In this document: positions 1-11,445 of the stretch, one piece after another
Layout: every line of letters begins with the position of its first letter
Position numbering within the stretch: the first letter of the stretch is position 1
Assembly: GCF_006345805.1 (NCBI RefSeq)
Contig: NC_042998.1
Location: 118,916,001-118,980,000 of the forward strand
Source: Octopus sinensis
Taxonomy: Eukaryota
Direction of reading: 5' to 3'
DNA length: 64,000 nucleotides
Notes under the pieces: generated by a model
What the model was told of the DNA's origin: nothing
Seen by the model: the letters and a program-made list of their open reading frames with translations, nothing else
Databases searched by the model: none
Program-made: the position numbers and the translations under genes

Positions 1-657
1 ATCTAAATCAGAATCAGACCGGGGTACTGACGTGAGTAATGATGCATCTTTCCATGTGCGTATTACTAAGTTGATAATAAAATACAGAAGTTGACCAGAT
101 AGATCCTTAGACCTTTCGGAACTACAGAATGGGAAACAATAAAGGTCTTTTGGAGGACATTTGACCGCAACTGCTATGTCTATTGCTCCCAGCTATGGTC
201 ATCAAACAATATAAAATTAAAGGCGAAACTCGAAGCAATCCAGCGAAGCTACACAAAGATCATCTCAATACGACTGATCAGATACAGGGAGAGGCTGAAA
301 AAGTAAAAAAAACTATTTCCTAGAACGAAGGCCGGAAAGGTATGTAGTGATATACATTTGCAAAATCCTGGAAGGACTTGTACCAAACTTTGGCACTGAG
401 TGTTACACAAACACTAGAACTGGGCGCTTATACATTGTGCCAAAGATGCATCCTCAAGATGACGGCCAGATACTGCTATAGCTTGAGATTCAAGGGTTCA
501 CAGTGTTTCCAATATCCTCCCAAAATACTTCCTGTCAAGCGTTTCGGACGAACCTACATCGTGGCAGGAAACGCACATGAGTGCAGCAACATCAAACGCC
601 TTCATTCACCAAATGCACAAGTCAGAGGTTTTGAAGTAATGAAAGTGTTGGAAAACT
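1..657 (+). mobile_element. CR1/L2-group LINE, degenerate 3' end (RT C-terminal region)
   Basis: Frameshifted translation gives YCSQLWSSNNIKLKAKLEAIQRSYTK...IYICKILEGLVPNFG...VSDEPTSWQETHM, matching the post-RT YCSxxWSP...LExIQR...KILEGLVP region of CR1/L2-type ORF2. Same family as 46480-47870. Confidence 0.8.
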
Positions 658-1363
658 AACGGTGGTGCCCCAACATGGCCACAGCTCTCGAGATGAAAGT
701 AGTTAACGAGTTTCTTACATATATGACAACTCAATAGATTATATGTTTTAGTTTTGAAATATTTATTTGAATCCAAAATACCATACTCTAAACAGAAATA
801 GGTCTAAAATATACAAGTAATTATATTTTGCTCTTGTTCATTGAAACATGCATTGAACAATTTATTCGTTCAAGATGGTTGTATAAAACACATTTCTTTA
901 CAAGTTATCAACCGACCTCGCCACACTCATACAAATCAATTTATAGCTTACAAATTAATGCAATATAAACTTATATTGTGCATACACGTACACACCCACC
1001 ACCAATCTCACATCAAAACCTTATTTGCAACGTTTCTTCATTGATTTTATTGTACACATCACAGATGATTTGTACCATTGCTGCATTGTTACTAGTTTGA
1101 AATAAAACCTATGTGATTTTAGATCACGTTATATGAAATAAAATAGAATTAGTATCTGCTCTGTAGTAACCAAAACTTTCAATTTAAATGTTGCTTTATA
1201 TGTACTGTTCCTTCTGGTGTTCACTATAAAACAATTACTATATCAACAAGTTAACAGTACTCCGTGAGTGTTTCAGTGAAACTACTCTCAATTGATCGAT
1301 GCACAAAGCAACACCGTGTACGATATGCAGTGTCTGATCGTGTGAAAAGAACGTACCACCAAT

Positions 1364-1478
<115 letters not shown>

Positions 1479-2181
1479 TGCCTGCGTAATATTTAATAAA
1501 ATTAAATTTACATCTTGAAATTGACAAACTGACTGTAATAATATAATATGAATTGATATCAACGTGTTGCTATCAGCCATTTATTCAGTGTTATTTCTCA
1601 TCAAAACGTTAAGGTGAGAAAAATTTGATTTAATGTTGTAGAAAGATTTGCAGATAACAGAACGATGTATTCCTTTGGAGATACAATAATTATATTGAAG
1701 TGAATTACGCTGAAGTGAAAATGCATAGCTATTCCGGAAAATATTTCCCCGTTTTCATTTTTTCATACAGAATACGTTCGTTTGCTAACCAACTTGTTAA
1801 TAGTAGTAATAATGAACCGATGAGGAAGATTCTTGCTACGAAGTAGAATCTAGCTAATTAGCCCATTGTTATTTATCAGGCAAATCTCGCTCTTATCAAA
1901 CCCTAAAGTCTTAAAAATAGAGGGGTACATGTAATAATAATGCTAAAAACATGATGCGATGGTAACTGCTGGGACGTTTTTGATCTACTGAATCAATAAC
2001 GGCCCAGTGCTAATTATTAATGGTAACTTCAACAATGACTATTATTAAGGAATTGATTGATTTGCAGTAGCTAACTTCGACCGTTTACTTAATGGCATTT
2101 TATTGGTTGCCTTTCATTTATGTTGATACCCAGTATTATGTGTAAATGCTGCTTTTCTGCGCATTGCTTATTCTTGCAGAA

Positions 2182-2400
2182 CTAAGGTACTTCGTCATAC
2201 AAGTAGTTTTTATAGTCTATGTCGCACACAAAACTAGTAACTGGAATATAGTCATAAACCCAGGCTTTTATTTGATGTTCAATATAATTTTTTATACAGT
2301 TTTGGCTAAGTTTGTCTAAGATAACAAATGAGATTATTTCATTTCCTTCATAAGAATCAAACGGTTTTGCACTGGAGCTCTTTTGTGGTTTTTTCTTCAT
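2182..2400 (-). CDS. Candidate host coding exon or small ORF, 72 aa, unknown product
   Basis: Stop-free, non-repetitive, soluble-looking translation (MKKKPQKSSSAKPFDSYEGNEIISF...YDEVP). ATG has A at -3 and a long polypyrimidine acceptor lies about 46 nt upstream. No TE motif recognised. Confidence 0.35.
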   Translation of the reverse strand: MKKKPQKSSSAKPFDSYEGNEIISFVILDKLSQNCIKNYIEHQIKAWVYDYIPVTSFVCDIDYKNYLYDEVP

Positions 2401-2574
2401 ATTTCGGTTTACTTTACTATGGTGACATCAAAGAATATATATGAAGCTATACCAAAAGTAGGAAAAAGGTAAGATGAAAAATGCTTGTAAATTTCCTTAC
2501 TCTTGTTTTGAAGGTGTTTACTTTTAAATAGCATCAGATGAGTTATTAGAACTGTTGAGTACTTTTTACTGACC

Positions 2575-2730
2575 TGTTGACATTGGTTTCCTATTTTGGC
2601 TCAGTGCTCGACCTCGAAAGGATGAAAGTCAAAGTCGAATTTCAACTCAGGACGTGAAAGCAGACGAAATGCCGCTAAGCATTTGGCCCGGCGTGCAAAG
2701 GGTTCTGCCTTCTTGACACCCCCTGAACTG
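2575..2730 (-). mobile_element. tRNA-derived SINE fragment (family 1)
   Basis: Reverse complement of the recurrent core cctttcatcctttcg...gagttcaaattc...cttagcggcatttcg seen in more than 10 copies in the window. Confidence 0.8.
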
Positions 2731-2962
2731 TTAATATTAAATCGAAGAAATGAGCGTTTCAAAAGATTTAGTCTCAATTCAACGTTAAATTCACAGATTG
2801 GTCAGCGAAAGAAGACTAACGCCCATTACACTTTACAGGGTGTACGAGACAGATGGAAAGATAGAGAATGTTATCTTCAGACTGGACATATGATCCTATT
2901 GCTTACAACAGAGTGAAATTCATTTAAGCACTTATAGAGTATGTGAAGTCATTAAAGAGGGT

Positions 2963-3521
2963 GGTTGCTTTCTTGCCTGCTTGATTACTTGTTGCTTGCT
3001 TCACGCTCTAACTTGAGGGAGATGGGGACATCCGAGATTAGTGCTTGCATAGGGGTCATCGTGCATAGAGCCAACCATGTCACCAGTGCTCCCCGTCGCT
3101 GACGGTGCCGTGCCAGCCTCTCTGCATCCTCCAAGATGACGTCGAGCCCCTGAAGGTTTTCCTTAATCACAATCGAGTGCGGTTCCTCCACGAGACCTCT
3201 TCCAGCCTCCAGCTGCTGCGTCGAACGAGAGTAAGGTCCTCTGCGGGAGGCAGAGGACATGACTATAGCAGCGCATGCAGCGGATAGATATGAGGTGGGG
3301 GGGGGGCTTCGGACTGATGCGTGTGCACACAGTTCTTCGTTGGAAACGTGATGATACCAAATGATGTTCTCGATAGTTTTCAGGACTCTGCTATCGAAAC
3401 CGTCGATCCGTTTGCCAGAGCCTTTGTGAGAGGTCATGCTTCTGCTCCATAGAGAAGAACGGATAGGACTGATGCATTATAGATGTGAAATTTCGTCTTC
3501 GGAAAGATAGAGCAGGGACGC
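2963..3521 (-). mobile_element. RTE-clade LINE, 5'-truncated 3' end
   Basis: Minus-strand translation KFHIYNASVLSVLLYGAEA*...RIDGFDSRVLKTIENIIWYHHVSNEEL...GWKRSRG...IKENLQGLDVILEDAERLARHRQR matches the RTE ORF C-terminus. A short caagca-like tandem tail follows. Confidence 0.85.
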
Positions 3522-3789
3522 CAAAAAGACAACCTATACCTCTGATGGACATCTTCACAGATTCCATTAAACAAAATTTAGTGAAAATATTTTACTCACT
3601 GGAAACTATGTTAGATTTTTGCCCATGGTGCTATGCAGTGGGATGGATCTCGGAACAACGAGGTTTGAAATGAAAGTCGTAGCGAAGCAGCTTTAGCTAC
3701 GCCTAGTTTATTTACTATACTCAGATTCCAAACTTTGCATTTATGTTTTAGGAAGAAGTTATGTTAATTTAAGTGATATTTCATTTTCA

Positions 3790-3822
3790 ATAGCGGCAGC
3801 CATATTTGGTGGCGGAAGTAAA
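3790..3822 (-). promoter_or_regulatory. ETS (ACTTCCG) plus YY1-like (AAATATGGCTGCC) promoter-like motif pair
   Basis: Minus strand reads ttACTTCCGccaccAAATATGGCTGCCGC, a locally GC/CpG-rich patch in AT-rich unique DNA. Confidence 0.4.
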
Positions 3823-4591
3823 AAGGATAGATTTACTGATTGAGTTCTCATGTATTGAAAAATGCACTGCTTCTTTTATTTTCTGTACTTCAGCTCAGCT
3901 TCTAAGGAAATATTCAATCAGAGATGTCAGTTTTCGAATAATTTGATATTTCAGAAAACATTATCTTTAACTTTCTATGGTATCTATTTCCACTCCCAAA
4001 ATCCATCAACTCTTAATTGATAAAGTGATATGTTTCAAACATTGTATATCACTTGTAATTACACAAGAGTGGAATCAATTTACGAGCCACATGCCAAAAC
4101 ATGTCGTAATTTATAATGCATAATTTGCTATAATTACATGCAATTATTTTTGTGTGTGTGCATGTGTTGGTACGTGTTTGAGTTTACACACAAGTGAGAA
4201 AAATACGCAATGTAGAAGTAGAGTGTAATTATTTATTGTTTTACTAAGATTACTACTTAGGATTTCACGAATGTCCATAGCTGAACAATGATTCTTAGTG
4301 TATGGTGCACAGTATTTGTAACAGACATGCATGAGCTGTCATTGAGATATGGGCATGAAAATACTTTTTTTTTTTTAATTGTACCTATGAAAATTATGTA
4401 TATATCATAAGCGTTCAGTTATTCGATCAATTAAATTATCGACCGGTTGGATACTTGTATTCGAAATAGATTGCCAAGAGTGAATTTTAAATTGGAGTCA
4501 GCCCTTTCGACTGGTTTTAGTACGTCACTCATAAGTCGATATCTCATGATTGTCAAGCGAACATCTTAACCACTTGGACATACCAGCGTAA

Positions 4592-4764
4592 ACATATACA
4601 CACGCACACACGCACGCACACACACACATACATACACACACACGCACACACGCACGCACACACACACATACACACACACACACACACGCACACAGAAACA
4701 CACTCGCACGCGTGCACACACACGCACATAGACAGGCACATACGCGCACACACACACTCACACA
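4592..4764. repeat. Imperfect (CA)n/(CG) array
   Basis: Direct inspection; a complementary (TG)n array lies at 4915-4962. Confidence 0.95.
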
Positions 4765-4814
4765 GAGAAAGTATATGTATTTTCTTTTCTTCAATGTTTT
4801 CATTTTATGTGCAG

Positions 4815-4873
4815 ATATGTCCACTTGTTGGACCGGCTGTGTCATCTTTATATTTACCCGATATTTTATGTAT
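4815..4873 (+). CDS. Candidate 59-nt exon
   Basis: Strong acceptor ttttcttttcttcaatgttttcattttatgtgcAG and donor GTAAGT. All three frames are open; one begins MSTCWTGCVIFIFTRYFMY. Confidence 0.35.
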
Positions 4874-5789
4874 GTAAGTACATATGATAATTGTGCATGC
4901 TCATTTGTGCGTTGGTGCATGTGTGTGTGTGTGTACGTGTGTGTGTGTTTGTGTGTGTGTGTGAGAGAGAGAGAGCATGCGTTGTCGATCTCTATTTCAA
5001 TTCACTAGTTCCATCAACTGAATAATTTATGCGGGTTTAAATAGCAAAGCAAATCTCAGGTATTCCCATAACGAATTTCGCAAGAAGAAAGTGAGTGAAA
5101 CAGTGTGTGACAGGGTTGTACCAACTCATAATAGATAAAATCTACCAATCGGGCTTCCATACAGTTTCCGTGTATCCAATTTCACTTTCAGGTCTATAAA
5201 TATGACATTGCCCAACAAACCATGTTTTGGGATCAAATCTGGGACATCGTGGTTGAGGAGGGATCTTTTAACCATTCAGTAATATTAATATTGTGCCTAT
5301 CAATACATGTGGGTGTTTGCGTAATATATGTGTGTGTGTCTATATACATATGTCCGAACGTATGTATATAAGCCTGAGTGTATATTAATATGCGGTGTTA
5401 ATGTTTAATGGCGCTCCTTTAACCATGTTTGGCTTCTATGACAGGATGTTCTATAGAATTAGTCTATGTGCGTATAAACACTTCAAACAACTTTTCTGTA
5501 CATATATGCAAATATATGTGTTATGTGAGTGTGCATATATATGTAAATATCCATACGTGTATTTTTGTATTTATATATTGATCTAAATATATATATATAG
5601 TGAAAATGTTTAAATATCTACATAAATCACACCATATAGAAAAAATCGAAAATGGAAAATGCACCCAATGTTTTTATCTAACTTCAAAACACAACGTTTG
5701 ATGTTTTTGCGTGGTTTTAAAATACACTACGAAACAAAAACAGTGATTTCTGCGTTAAGTTTAGAAGCGGCAACGAGGGAAAACTCTCT

Positions 5790-6281
5790 AAATAGTAATA
5801 ATTATAAGCTTAAAGCTTATAAGCAATCATCGTGTATTGGCTAAAGAAAAGAGTCTAATATCAGGGATTATAATCTCTCGGCGGAAAAAAGTAAGTATTA
5901 GTATGCATGGAAAACGAACCAGCACACCTCATATTCGTGATAAGCGTGCTAACCAATTGCATCAACCTACCCCATTCGGTTAGATTTCTGAGCTATAATT
6001 TCATAGTGTTGTGTTTTTCAATTTAAAAAAAACCAATGGAGAACCAGTGAGGAACGAAAAGTCTGTAAATAACAATAGTTATAAGCTTAAAGCATATAGG
6101 ATATCACCGTTTGTTGGCCAAAGAAAATAGTCTAATATTGGGCATATAATGCCCCGACGGAAAAGAGTGTGTAATTACCTACATTTTCCGTCGAAGGTTT
6201 ATATGCCCCAATGTTAGACTACTTTCTTCAGCCAATACACGGTGATCACTTATAAGCTTTAAACTTATAATTACTATTATT
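5790..6281. repeat. Three copies of a ~100-bp arm (two direct, one inverted) forming a fold-back element
   Basis: Arm aatagtaataattataagcttaaagc...gtctaatat...cggaaaa at 5790-5890 (+), 6067-6164 (+) and 6184-6281 (reverse complement). Confidence 0.85.
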
Positions 6282-8791
6282 AACAAAAATAGTAATATTT
6301 TCACCTACCAGTTTCAAGCTTGAGAATATACGGGATCATTTTTTACGTAATTCGAAAAATAGCATAGTACAACTTATTACAAGTATGTTATCAGACCCGT
6401 CCAGAACAAAAATACAGTTGTGTTGTAAAGTCACTGAAGTGATTCAATAAAGATATGCCAATTAACATGCATTGCATTTTGTTTATTTGTTTTTGTTCCG
6501 TTGTACAATCGCTACACTGATAAAGAATTGTAAAATTCGCCCAACTTCGTGCCCCAGCGTTTATCAGTATGGTAAAGCACTGGAGTTTTTCTGGCATATG
6601 GCTATTTAATATATTCATGGTGTAGTACCGCTCTTTTGAGGAGTATCCATATGATCTTCTTTGCAATCTTTCCTTATCTGTGTACGTGTGTGGTTATATC
6701 AGTGGTAATTTTCACGTTTACGCTTAAACTGCTTGACTTGTATTTATGTTATGTCCCTTTATGTCATGTGATCAATGGTTAGATAATAATATAAATTACT
6801 GGGACAGTTATAATATCTCAAACCCTCGAAGATAGTTCCTCATCAGGACTCCAGTCCAATGAGTGATGGAAAATAAAGTGCATATATTTGACTTAATTGA
6901 GGTTAATATGTTCGTTAAAATAACACTCCTATATGTAAAATTATGACGTTGCTCATATAATCTCCAATCCAATGTTAACGCGAAAGCTCAAGCGTATTAA
7001 AATATAAACCAATAAAACCAGTAAAGGCGTCTACAGGATGGCTCAACCTACTAGACATAGCAGTCGAATGTTCTTGAAATCAAAACTTGCAGTCTTAAAA
7101 AGAAGAACACAAATTATGTTAAGATACATTATCTGGAATGAAACCAAGGCATGAATGCCACTGCAGCTGAACAACAATAAAAGACTATATACTTGAAGCA
7201 TGTTTAACAAATATATTTTAATTTGAAATTCTGACACAATGAACTCGATGACCACATATGCTGGTGTAATGGTTTCTGATTTTATATAAGTTGATATAAT
7301 GATGCATGATAATCATCAGTAAAATCATGTATTGGTGGATCTAATAATCATTAGTATTGATTACAACTCAGCTAAAAGCATTTCACTGCTACATCCTGTA
7401 ATTCAAAGATTGAAATTATAGGAAAGCAGACGTTGCTATCTGATTTCTAAAATGAGTTCCGATAATTAATAATTCCTATATGTAATATATAATTAAAATA
7501 CTCTGCAATCGCCACAGAGTAAATAAAGATTGTGCAACTGTACAATAATTCTACATTTCTTTCCATCTTACAATATCTTTTACTGGTTTCAGTTATTGGA
7601 CATTGGCCATGTTTTCACCCCGCCTCCAAGGAATAAGTTGATCATATTGAATTCATAAATTATTTCATCGAATGCTACTAATGTATGCCAAAGCGCTAAA
7701 TTAGAAAATAGCAACACTAGACATTAGATCGGTGAGAGCATAACCAAAGATACAAACATATGTATTATGTATACTGTGTATGTTTGTATATATGTGACAC
7801 ATACAACACGTGCGCGCGCATACACATTTTATGTTTGTTTTTAGGCTAAGTTATAATAAAAACAATTTTACATATGAGGTGATACTCTATATTTTTCTAT
7901 AGCACAAGTTTATTCTTAAACAAGAATGATCTCGACAATGACTTCGAAGTTTCTGCCAGTTAAGTCATCATCGGACTGCCATGTATATATATATATATAA
8001 TATATGTGTGTGTGTGTGTGTGTATGTGTGTGTGTGTTTGTGTGCGTGTTTGTGTGTGTGAACGTGTGTGTTTGTGGGTGCGTGTGTGTGTATGCGCGCG
8101 TATGTGTGTGTGTGTGTTTGTGAGTGCGTGTGTGTGTATGCGTGTAATCAAATTCAGGAGAGGTTAGATGTAAAGATACATATTATTTGTGTTTACAGTT
8201 GTTTCGTTCACTGTATTAAGTAACATGATGCAACTGGATACTGACTACCTCTCACCTCTCCTAAATTTGATTAATTATTATTCTCACCATCATTGTGATA
8301 CCTGGATTTTCAGAAGCACCGTGGTGTTACATTAGACCCTCAACTCAACTTCTGTTTCTTTTATAGCCAGAAGCACGTATCGGCTTTTGTGAGATGTAAT
8401 CCTGAATTAAAGATCTGCTATTTTTCCTTCTTGTTATTGTCTTTCTATATATACACTGAGAGAAGCATGAAAGGGACAAGCAGAGAGAAACACGTGTATG
8501 ACAGCATTCGGTGTTATTTCCCTCCCGGAAACTACACTTGGTGATGCGGAACAGTGGTAGAAAAGTCTTGCCCACGATACTCCATTTCATGACTGAACGT
8601 AAATCCCTGTGGTTGTGAAGTTATATTTATCGTATAATCAAGCCAACTCATAATTATTTAATATTTAAATTATTCTGTTTTACTACAGTAATGAATGTAC
8701 AATCCGGAATATTTTGCCACTTATTCTTTCATCTATATTTCGGTAATGAAGGCTCTACACCACTGAGGGGTTCATAACATCACTCAAACAT

Positions 8792-9385
<594 letters not shown>

Positions 9386-9407
9386 TATGATAATAGCAAA
9401 TGGATAA

Positions 9408-11095
9408 GAGCGCCATCTTTGACAGCGGCTGGACGTGTTCTTCGCTGTTCTGACCTGTCAGTAGGCGACGACACAAAAACACTAACAGAAAAATACTAAT
9501 ACAACCCAGTAGGACAACTGAAAAATGACTTTGAAACACTGGGATATCTACAATTTTCTGTAATTATTTTAAATTTCCCACAAAATATTGGGCCGTCAGG
9601 CATGAAGTTTGTAGAAAGGAAAAAATAGTTTGCTAATGTTTTATAAATCAAAGCATGCACACATATTGTCAATACACTTTTGCCATTTCAGAAGCAGCTT
9701 TTACAACATGGAACTGTAAAAGCCTGTCGATCTAGAGCCAATGAAATCTTGGACGGCCTGTTTTACAGCATCGTTGGAATTATTTTTTTCTATCAAAAAG
9801 TTCAGGTGAGTATGGTGGATGATAGAGAACTTCCGACTCCAACTCCTGTAGTTTCGCCAATGTCATTTTTGCGATGTGGTTTGGCGTTGTCTTGCAATAA
9901 AATAGGAGTGGATCTGTTGATTAATCTAGGCTATTTTTTGTAATTTTCTGCATCACTTGGATCAGTTGACTTCAGTATACTTCGGCCGTGATTGATGAGC
10001 TACGTTTAATGATATCATAATGGATCACACCTGCGCCAGACCACCAAACACCTACCATATGCTTCTTTTGATGAGCTTTGCTTTTTGGGCTGTGTTTTGG
10101 TGGCTCATCTTTGTCCAACCATTGTGCTGAACGTTTACGGTTGTTGTATTGGATACATTTCTCATCACGGTACAATTCGATCCAAAAATGATTAAAAAAT
10201 GATTCATTTTTGCAACCAGAAAGTAGCATAACAGGCTTTCAAATGTTGCTGTTTCTGATTTTCATTGAGTTCATGTGGAACTCGCTTATCCAAATTTTTC
10301 AATTTACCGATTTGAACTAGGTGAGTCAATATTATTTGCTTGCTAACACCAAACAACAGCGATAATTCACGGGCACTTTGAGATGGATCTGACTCGATGG
10401 TGGCTTTCAGTTTGTCATTATCCATCTTTGTTTCTGGTCGACCGCGTTGCTCATTTGTGAGGTCAAAGTTACCAGAATGAAATTTTGCAATCCAATTTGA
10501 TATTGCCTGCTGTGTAATAACATTAGAACGAAATATTCCAGAGCTGTCTGTGGTCCTGTACTTCCAAGAAAAATTCATATTTCAAAACTGTACGAATTTG
10601 CGACTTAACCATCTCTAAACAAAAATAGCAAAAAACGATTTATATATAAAACGCAAAATGAGTTAGAATAAAGAAATAGATGTGACGATCTTTATTTTCT
10701 AACAAAAATAAAGATTGTCAAAATACAATAATAGCGCAAAATAAGCAGCTGTCAAAGCTTGCCATATTCTTTACTACAAATTTCATACTTGACGGCCTAA
10801 TAAGTGAAGAAACTTACATATCTACAGTTTTCAAACACACAAACAATCAGTTTTAGCTTTAAAAAGTTGGTCGGCGCCAACCTTGACAGTAGCTGGACGT
10901 GTTCTTCGCTGCTCTGATCGGTCAGCAGCCGACGACACAGAAACGCTAACAGAAACACTAATAGAACCCAGCAGGACAACTGAAAAATAACTCTCAAAGA
11001 ATGGAATATGTGCAATTTCCTGTGAGTATTTTAAATTTTTCTCAAAATAAGTAAAGAAACGTACATATCTGCAGTTTTCGAACACACAAAGCGAT
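9408..11095. repeat. Two tandem copies of a ~250-bp unit, the first split by a mariner insertion
   Basis: gcgcca..ttgacag..gctggacgtgttcttcgctg...ggacaactgaaaaat... at 9408-9587 and 10876-11050. taagt.aagaaac.tacatatct.cagtttt..aacacacaaa at 10801-10850 and 11046-11095. Confidence 0.85.
9588..10800 (-). mobile_element. Full-length but inactivated mariner (Tc1/mariner DD34D family) transposon
   Basis: TIRs ttgggccgtcaggcatgaagtttgtag (9588) and the reverse complement of ttaggccgtcaagtatgaaatttgtag (ends 10800), each flanked by TA. Transposase pieces show RGRP, RVPHEL, DEK, QDNAKPH and HPPYSPEL, followed by a deletion removing the third catalytic D region. Frameshifts and stops are present. 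Confidence 0.93.
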
Positions 11096-11219
11096 TAGTA
11101 CAGTTCTATATTTAAAAGATGAAGAATTATGTATACATAGTGTATACAAACGACCAGCTTTAAATAATTTGATATTTACAGCTTCTATGAATACCTATCC
11201 TTTCCTTTTTCCCTGAGTA

Positions 11220-11244
11220 TAATAATGATAATAATAATAATAAC

Positions 11245-11324
<80 letters not shown>
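11220..11324. repeat. (TAA)n microsatellite
   Basis: Direct inspection; lies about 120 bp 5' of an R4/Dong-type ORF. Confidence 0.97.
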
Positions 11325-11326
<2 letters not shown>

Positions 11327-11445
11327 AAGGAAGCGGTTGGAATCTCCTTATGCTCTGATTCTTGATACATCTAGTGAATAAAAACACTAGTAATTGCGCA
11401 ACCTGATAATCACTACTTCATATTAGTGACAAAGAAAGAAATATT

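Noticed and set aside
2180-2468. Plus-strand segment with good acceptor (2179) and donor AAG|GTAAGA (2468) giving a hydrophobic translation
   Set aside because: Stops in all three frames; the hydrophobicity is expected from AT richness. It could only be non-coding.
8367-8548. Plus-strand acceptor at 8366 with open frames (PEARIGFCE or QKHVSAF...GNYTW*)
   Set aside because: Weak donor, overlaps the alternative minus-strand candidate exon, and has no recognisable homology.
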